Below are positions 56,206 through 64,000 of a stretch of DNA of 64,000 nt, one piece after another; positions within the stretch are counted from its first letter, which is position 1; each line of letters begins with the position of its first letter. This DNA comes from Seison nebaliae. Its lineage: Eukaryota. Location of the stretch: assembly GCA_023231475.1 (NCBI GenBank), contig JALJEE010002041.1, forward strand, positions 1 to 64,000. The letters run 5' to 3'. Under the pieces are notes generated by a model that was not told the DNA's origin, ran no database searches, and saw only the letters and a list, made by a program, of their open reading frames with translations. The position numbers were made by a program, and so were the translations under genes.

Positions 56206-56553
56206 TCAAATTTTATCCATTAAATCTTTCGCTTCATTAATTTTTGAGGCCATATATGGTGAACCACCTCGATCAGGATGATTCAGTAACATAATTCTCT
56301 TATGTGCATCCTTCACCCGATTCTTATGAGCATGAGGAGATATTCCAAGAATCAGAGAAGCTTCTCGTCGACTCATCTTCGTCTCGAAACCACCTCGATA
56401 ATATTTTGCATTTGCTAATGCTTCTTTCGAAATTTCCGGTAATTGCACTTTAGAAAATATATTTGTGATTAATTTCGAATTTTTGGTAAGAAGACTACCA
56501 GCAATTCCCACCGCCGCCAAACCAATACCAGATATGATAACAATTGTCGACAT
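56206..56553 (-). CDS. DNAJC19: Mitochondrial import motor J-protein TIM14/PAM18
   Basis: YYRGGFETKMSRREASLILG...AHKRIMLLNHPDRGGSPYMASKINEAKD. Confidence 0.95.
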   Translation of the reverse strand: MSTIVIISGIGLAAVGIAGSLLTKNSKLITNIFSKVQLPEISKEALANAKYYRGGFETKMSRREASLILGISPHAHKNRVKDAHKRIMLLNHPDRGGSPYMASKINEAKDLMDKI

Positions 56554-57788
56554 TTCAAAAATTCATCGGCTACTTTTTTGGAGTTCTAATTTCAAATTCT
56601 TTTCTGTTCAATTTCTCATTTTGTCCTTTCAATTTATTAAAATATTTCAAATTATTTCAACTTATCAAGCTAATCTAATTTATTAGAATAGAACTACATG
56701 ATCAGGACTATAAGAAATCAATAAATTCAAAACTTACAATTATCATATCTTCAGCAATTATATTTAGTAATTATAGAAAAATTTTATGTTAAGTAAATTA
56801 GATAATTATCATTCTGAAGAATAATTTAACTTCTATTATACAAAGAAATTGAACAAAGAAGAATTTCCGATAATAATCGAAAGTAAAATTAAGGAAGAAA
56901 GACGGAAAGGGTAAACGTGGAATAATATGAAATAAATGACCAGTCAATAAGGACAAGGTCATTTTGTTTATTAGCTGAAGAAGGGGGTCATTTCTTCACA
57001 AATATCACAATAATTTATGAGTTTCTTGAAAAAATAATAAAAAGAAACAACTTATACACATAGTCAATGTTACAAATGGTATGGAAACTAATAAATAAAA
57101 TGTTTTTTAGAGGCATTTCTCATTTTTCAAAAGGAAACGCTACAATCTTCTTAATAGTGCCATTTGAATAGAAAGAAGATGAATGAATATAATGCTTGCA
57201 AAATGACTTATCATAGACAATAAATACGTAGGCGGTTTTTTAGAAGAAAATGATTATTTATTATTTTTTACTGATTAAATAATAGTAAACAGGAATAGAG
57301 AGAGAAGGTCAAATAGAATACAATAAAGAAAAAACTATTTTTATGGGATTCGTACTTCTGTCTCTCATACTACTCATTGGAATATGCAGAAAAGGAGGAA
57401 AAACAGACATTGTGACCGTTCGCCACACAACAACATCAAAAAAATAATAATTGTGTATGTGTAAAAAATGAATGAAAATAAATGAACTTTTCAGGTCTAT
57501 AAAAAGTCGAGAAATTGGAATTTTTCTTTTTTTCCATTTCGATTTCGATTTTTCCTTTCTATAAATTAACAACATTTCCTTCATTTTTTATTCTTTTTAC
57601 ATTTTATTTGTTTTCTTTTTTTTTGTTTATTTCATTTTAGCTTTTTCTTTGTAAAAAAAATTAGTTTTTAGATTAACTTTTTACCTCTAATACAAAAGTT
57701 CCATTTGTTTTGTTCAGACTATATTTGTTCAATCTTAAGCTTCTTTTCCTAAACTTCAATTCAATTCTTGAAACGATTAGTGTCTGAT

Positions 57789-58709
57789 ATGGTTCAACAG
57801 AATGACTCGAAAAAACCTGGTGAAGGTGATCGAAAAAATTTGAACAAAAATTTACCGAATCTCAAAGTCGATATATTATATCATTTCTCCCTGGACACTC
57901 AAAAGAATAACTTCGTGAAAATGTTCGGTGATGTTAAGTATTGTATCACAGGTGGAAGTCCCAATCGTATGTTAACTTATGCTCAAAAATTGAAGGAAAA
58001 TTTTAAACTACAATTACCTGCCGGATTAGGTTTACAAAATATCTGTGAAACAGATAGATATGCTATGTACAAAGTGGGACCTGTTCTTTTGGTATCACAT
58101 GGAATGGGAATACCATCAATGTGTATTATGTTGCATGAATTAGGTAAATTGTTCATGTATTCAAAGATTATGGATAAAGTGCAATTAGTCCGTATCGGTA
58201 CAAGTGGAGGTGTCGGTATTGAACCAGGAAGTGTGGTGGTCTCCGACAAAGTTTTCAATACACAAATGGAAGAATTATGGAAGTTGCATGTGTGTAATCG
58301 TGTGATTGAACGAAAAACGAAACTGAACAAAGCATTGAGCACAAAAATATTGGCAGCACATAAACGTCTTCAGAAGAAGACAGGTGACTCATATTTGTGT
58401 GTGAGTGGGAATACGTTGTGCACAACAGATTTCTATGAAGAACAGGCAAGAATGGATGGATTGTTCTGTGAAATTAGTGAACAAGAAAAAATTGATTATG
58501 TAAAATTCTTGTCGGAAAAGAACGTGAAAAATATTGAGATGGAATCACTTGTATTAGCTGCGTTTACTAATCATGCGAATATTAGTGCCGCTTGCATCTG
58601 TTGCACATTGTTAGATCGATTGAAAGGAGATCAAATTGATGCTACAAAAGAGGCAATGGATGAATGGCAAATGCGTCCATTTCAAATTATGTGTGAATTG
58701 ATGAAATAG
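57789..58709 (+). CDS. UPP: Uridine phosphorylase (eukaryotic UPP1/2 type), intronless
   Basis: DILYHF, FGDVKY...GGSPNRM, DRYAMYKVGPVL.VSHGMGIPS, RIGTSGG, DFYEEQARMDG, NIEMES. Confidence 0.93.
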   Translation: MVQQNDSKKPGEGDRKNLNKNLPNLKVDILYHFSLDTQKNNFVKMFGDVKYCITGGSPNRMLTYAQKLKENFKLQLPAGLGLQNICETDRYAMYKVGPVLLVSHGMGIPSMCIMLHELGKLFMYSKIMDKVQLVRIGTSGGVGIEPGSVVVSDKVFNTQMEELWKLHVCNRVIERKTKLNKALSTKILAAHKRLQKKTGDSYLCVSGNTLCTTDFYEEQARMDGLFCEISEQEKIDYVKFLSEKNVKNIEMESLVLAAFTNHANISAACICCTLLDRLKGDQIDATKEAMDEWQMRPFQIMCELMK

Positions 58710-60808
58710 ATTGGAAGGCGACATCATTTATAACATTCCTCATTTCCATTCACTTTTTAATCCTCTCACAACTTACCTTGTATTTATTTGAAAACTATAA
58801 AAATTGTATAATTCCTCTTTTCTCATGATCAATCCATTTCATTTCCATCATTCTCATTTTCAATGTCGACATAATTTAATGTTATTTATGTATGTTTTCT
58901 TCTTCTCAGAGTTCGATTTCCGCCCATCTTATTCATTATTTAGTTTGCTATATATTTTAGTATTTATTTAAACGAGCATGCCATTCCCACAACTTGGAAT
59001 TTTGTAATAAATTTTAATTTATCTATAATTGAATTAACAAATTGAATTGAATTGAAATAATTATTCTCATGAAAATGTTATGAAATAATTAATGAGCTAA
59101 TAAGTTTCAGTTAACAAAAGTTTAAAAAAATTACTTTTATTTTTAATTAGTTAACCTATTTTTAAGACAGAATTATGAAGAAAAATTGATGAGGATCATT
59201 ATGGAGCTGAAGAAGAAATTTCCTAATTTACGATCATTTCATTTTGCCAGTTAAAATAACTTTTAGTTGTTTTCTTCGTCAGTTATTCCATTAATCTGAT
59301 GAATACTATTTTCGATGACATTCGGAGAAAAATAGCAGAACTATCCATCATTTTTTCATTCTTATCACAATTATTCCAATGTTCCATAATGAATGAATGA
59401 TCAGATGAACGACGTAACGAATCATAAAAATGTTTCCGCACATAGATCTTTCGCGTTCAACTGCTATGTAATCTTATCAGTTAACTGCTACGTATCTCAA
59501 TATGGAGTCTCATCAGAAGCCTTTAGATGATTGCACTATACAAGCTGCTGAGAACAAGTGTATGTGCATTTGACATAATTCTAATATTGGCGTCAGTCTT
59601 GGGAATTTTTTTTTCGTGAATTTCTTTTTGTTTTGTTGTTTTGAGAGGAATGAATATTTTTCTTTCCCAACCAAATCGCTCTTGTGAATTGTCTCCAATA
59701 ATCGAATATAAGAGAAGTATGGATAAGACATACAAGACATTGTCCATACTTCAACAAATGCTTATTTCGATTAAAATTATTATCGATACTTTCATTTAGA
59801 TTGGTGAAAAGATCATCGTCAATCATCGATTCTTCATCTTTCCTAATACTACGTTTCTAATGCGAAGATTAAAAGAAAAGATTTTTTTAATCACTAAACC
59901 GATTTTTGAATATGGTGATTAAGTCAAGTAATGGACGATTTTTTACCGTTCGTTCCAACTCAAAGATAAGTTCGTATTAGAAGGATAATAATGGAAATTA
60001 CTTTTGTGAAAAAGGAAATTAAAGAATTCCAATTATTTCTAACTAACAATTTTCTTAAAAATTTTATATCATCAACTTTTTTCTTCAGTAACATTCAGAA
60101 ATAATAAGTGGACAAGAACTTATTATTTTGGGAGGAGGAGTAGGAAGAAGTATCGAACGGAAAGAAGGAGAAGGACATTACGAATTCGAGTTATAATTAT
60201 AATGAAACAGGAAGCATGAAGAATGTATTGGTCGTTTTCTTTGAGAGAAGGAGAAAAAGAAGAAGAAAAAGAAGAAGAAGGAGAAGAATTCATATTGTCA
60301 TATTATGTTCATCGATCCAGGAAACATGTTTTATAATTATTCTAAATATTTATAAATAAGAAGAGGAATGGGGAAGAAATAGATTGGAAATAGTTGCTCC
60401 CCAATGAAAATTCCATTTGGTTAATGTCAAAATGACAGAAAGAAACGAGAAAGCAGATAAAATGAAAGGGAATGAACATGTGAGGAAGACGATGATGGTG
60501 TGAGTGAGGCCGGAAAATGAAAGGAGAAAATGCATTAAACAATATAACAAATTGAAAAAGAAGACTTTCATAAAGAATCCACTTGTCTCTTCCTAAAGTC
60601 CAATAAGCTAATAGACATTATCTCCCAAATAAATAAGAGGCGTAATGATCTTTGAAGAAAGAAGTGAAATAAATGTTTTTGACATTGTTTATCTGTAAAT
60701 ATCATGATGACATGATGAGACATCTTTTCTTCAGCTTTTTGTTTTTTTCTAATTCTTCAACATAATTTCAATTTCCTTTCTTACTGATGAATTGTTTCTC
60801 ATATCAAT

Positions 60809-60844
60809 TCATTCTAGAAATCATTCTAGAAATCATTCTAGAAC
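60809..60844. repeat. 12-bp tandem repeat TCATTCTAGAAA x3
   Basis: Three adjacent copies (the last ends in C), each containing the palindrome TTCTAGAA. Confidence 0.85.
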
Positions 60845-63800
60845 AGTATTTGCATGATGTTGTGTATGATTACAATTTATAACGAGTTTTTCTTATTATT
60901 CTTTTTTTTCAATTTTCAATTTCTTCTATTTACTTTCTTCTTCTTCAAATTTTTCCTTCTAGTTCGTTTAGATTAGGATCGAATAAAATAATTTTATTTA
61001 TTGTTATATTATTTTTAATATGATTTAGTGGAGTGATCTGGCCTGTTTCTCTTTTGTGTAAATATAATAATCCCTCTTCTTTCAAATTACCTCAACTGGA
61101 ATGTCGATAAGATTATAATTTCTTTTAAGGAGAAATATTATTTTTCTGCTTTCGCATCCAATCTCTCCTGTAGAAAGAAAAGTACTTCTCTTCTGTTCGA
61201 AATAATGAAAAGTCATTTATTTCCATTTGATTTACTTCTCTGTTAGCTTTTCTGCTAAAGACGAAGGCAAAAGAAAAAAGTAGAAGAATGTGGAGAATTT
61301 AAAGAAAACGGTTCATCGATTGCTTTCCAGTAGTTTGCGCAATTATACGTGTTGTACTACAGTTTAGGGAGGAATATTTGTTTGATGAGTAAATGAAATA
61401 GTGTTACCAGAAATATATCTTTATTTTCAATCTTTACAATAGTTTGCTTAACTGTTTTCTTGGTACTTATGTTGTTGATGAAGTTGTAGTTACATCTCGT
61501 CTTCCTTTTTTTTGTTTTATCACTTTTTAATTACATAAATTCGAATAAACATCATTGTATAATATTTATGTATATATATATATATGTTTGCACACACATA
61601 TACACACAAAATGTACAATATATTATACACATTCATCAAAATTGTGCATAGTAATTAATACAGTGGCCATCTGTGTATGGTTCATTCGACAGATCATATC
61701 ATTAGTCTAACGTAGCATTATGTAACCTAATAATGTGATATCATCTAACTTTCCGCTGTAGATGAATAAGCATCATTGACATTACTTGCCATGTGAAATT
61801 GGTTTGAACTTTACTGTCCGTATGTATCATTTCCATTTAAACATGAATTAGCATTTACATTTATACGTATGATCGGATGGTCAGGCTTATATAGCAAAGC
61901 AGTCATAACTTATGTCAATAGACGTAAAGTAGATGAAGGTGAGAAATAAGTATTTTTTCAATTGTTGTTGGACAAAAGAATGTTGATGACATGCAGTCCG
62001 AATAAGCCATGAGTTTCGGAAGGAGATTTATTTTTTTGACGAATGAAAATTACTTAATAAAAAGAGCGATTAGTTTTAACGAAATTTTTAGAAAAATTCT
62101 ATTATCGGTTAGATGGAAAGTGAAAATATAATACCTCGTTTATTATACGACGATCTGCGATTATCGAGCGGCCTCGTTGTCGTTGTAATCTTTCTTTTTC
62201 TTATCGATGTTTCATTTCTCTTAAATGGATGACTACTTCAACTCTTACAAGAATCGTATGTTATGTTTAGTCCATATAATCGGTCAGTAGTTATAGTCCG
62301 ATTTAGTCGACGGACATCGAATTTCTAATGGAGAGATGTGGAAGAATATTTTGAATTTTGAACGAAATATATGTGTACAGAATAACATCTCGACATGAAG
62401 TAGTAAGTAGAAGTTTCTGGAACTGAAATGGAAATAGTTAGAAAAAAGGTATCGAGAAGAAATGAAGTTTTTATTCGATTGATGTGAAAGTAGAAAAGTC
62501 ATTTACCAATCAACTCATATTTTATTAGTTATGTAATTTGACATATGTTAGTTGGATATGTGATACGTGCATTAGAATTGCATAATTTATTATTTGTATA
62601 ATCATCATCATAATGATCTTTTTCATGATTATAATTTAGACGATGATGAAATAAATTTTTTTATTGTCAGACGCGAATGCTCAACTGGAGAAATGTACTC
62701 TAGAAACAAGAGATACATGGAAGGCTAAAAGAAAATATTGATGCGATCTGTTCATTAGGAACTAGTTCAATTTTGTTTGATGGAAATAGATAAGAGAATG
62801 AATGAAATGGAATAATTAGTGCATATTGTTATTTGACAAATTAGAAAGTAGTAGTAGTAGTTTTCTTTTTTTTCTTTAAAAGATTAAAGTTTGATGTTGT
62901 ATGGTAGCAGAAAGAAAAGAGTGGGAGCAAATGAAAAATTTTTTGAAGAATATTCTTCTTCTTTCATATTTGCCTTCCTTCTCCGAATTGTCATTTCACA
63001 CATATCGTTCTTATCCCATCGGCACATGTATATCCGCTGCCAATGGTTGATGAGATGAGATATATGGGATTGAGACTCCTCTCAATCTCTCTATGCATCT
63101 CGACATCATTCGTTGCATGTAGACACATGTGTAATTTTATGGATATTTTAATGAAGCGATATGTAACATTGACAAGAAATCGTGCATATTGTTAATCATC
63201 TTTAATTCGTTCTATTCTATTTCTTGTCCTTCTGTTGCTTCTCCTATTCTTTTGATTATGTTTCGTCTATGAATTCTTTTATTCTTCTTCTACTTCTTTC
63301 AATTATCTTTTCCTTCATCCACCATTCAGTTCGGTTTCATTCTGACGGATTTATTGCCCATATGTCTTACGTAGGTCGGATGTCGATGATGATTTCCTTG
63401 ATAAAAGATTATTGTCAATTGCTGAAATGTGTTTCAGATGTTCATCATTTTGTCGAGGCATTTGTATGTATTATCCTTCGGAATCTTCTCCCATTTTCTT
63501 TTAATGTTCTCCGTTGGAGGGTGAGAGTGAACGGAGAATGTCGATTCTGTTTTTCTTCTTTTCGTGAGTCTGCTCCTACCTGTCATCTATGCTATTCATC
63601 GATAAACACGGTCGACATAATGAGCACATTGTATGATATTCGTCGATTATGACACTGAAAAGGTGTTGACATGCCAATTTGATTGAAGTATTTCCTTTTA
63701 AATGCATTCCTCTTCTCCTCTCTCCCAGTCTATCTTTTACCGCCCTTCGTGTGCAAACACATTGCTTTCGTGCACTTCCATCACGTAACTGTCGTATAAT

Positions 63801-64000
63801 CATCACTATTTTCCATTCATAGTTACCAATACTACACACTTTATAAGGAAATTAAGAATGTGAAGAGAAACTATAAAAAATTAATTAATTAGAAGGCAGA
63901 CGCAAAGGAAGGAATGGGGACAGCTTGACTGACAGATAAGCAATCGTTTCTTATCCAGTCTCTCCTTCACTTCATGAACGAGTGACGGATATCATTTGAC

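Noticed and set aside
59513..63839. Short ORFs in the terminal 5 kb
   Set aside because: Composition is F/I/L-rich or random, no family is recognised, and I could not splice them into a consistent gene.

Overview
This is AT-rich, very gene-dense eukaryotic (metazoan, invertebrate-like) genomic DNA read in the standard code, with about 27 protein-coding genes split by tiny introns (mostly 40-60 nt). It is not prokaryotic, and I see no CRISPR array, rRNA or tRNA. Recognisable genes: a CH-domain protein, an Egalitarian-like protein, DPM3, TBC1D24, an AGC pseudokinase next to S6 kinase, POLD3, PIG-X, NMNAT, a truncated GHITM, a selenoprotein thioredoxin-glutathione reductase with its SECIS, two sigma-class GSTs, cathepsin B, FAM91A1, sphingosine kinase, two C1q-collagen genes, RPL5, POLE3, ZNHIT1, DNAJC19/PAM18 and uridine phosphorylase. 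Most notable observations: (1) about 50 of roughly 54 introns I could place begin GTT with no GTRAG consensus; (2) a cryptic, strictly phased 21-bp repeat array lies about 300 bp after the point where GHITM breaks off and loses its 3' exon; (3) an Egl-type protein has a cold-shock/OB domain and a TQT motif but no exonuclease domain; (4) same-strand genes spaced 100-220 bp apart look operon-like; (5) two orphan genes share interlocked stop codons. All gene calls come from recalled motif similarity and manual splicing, not database searches.
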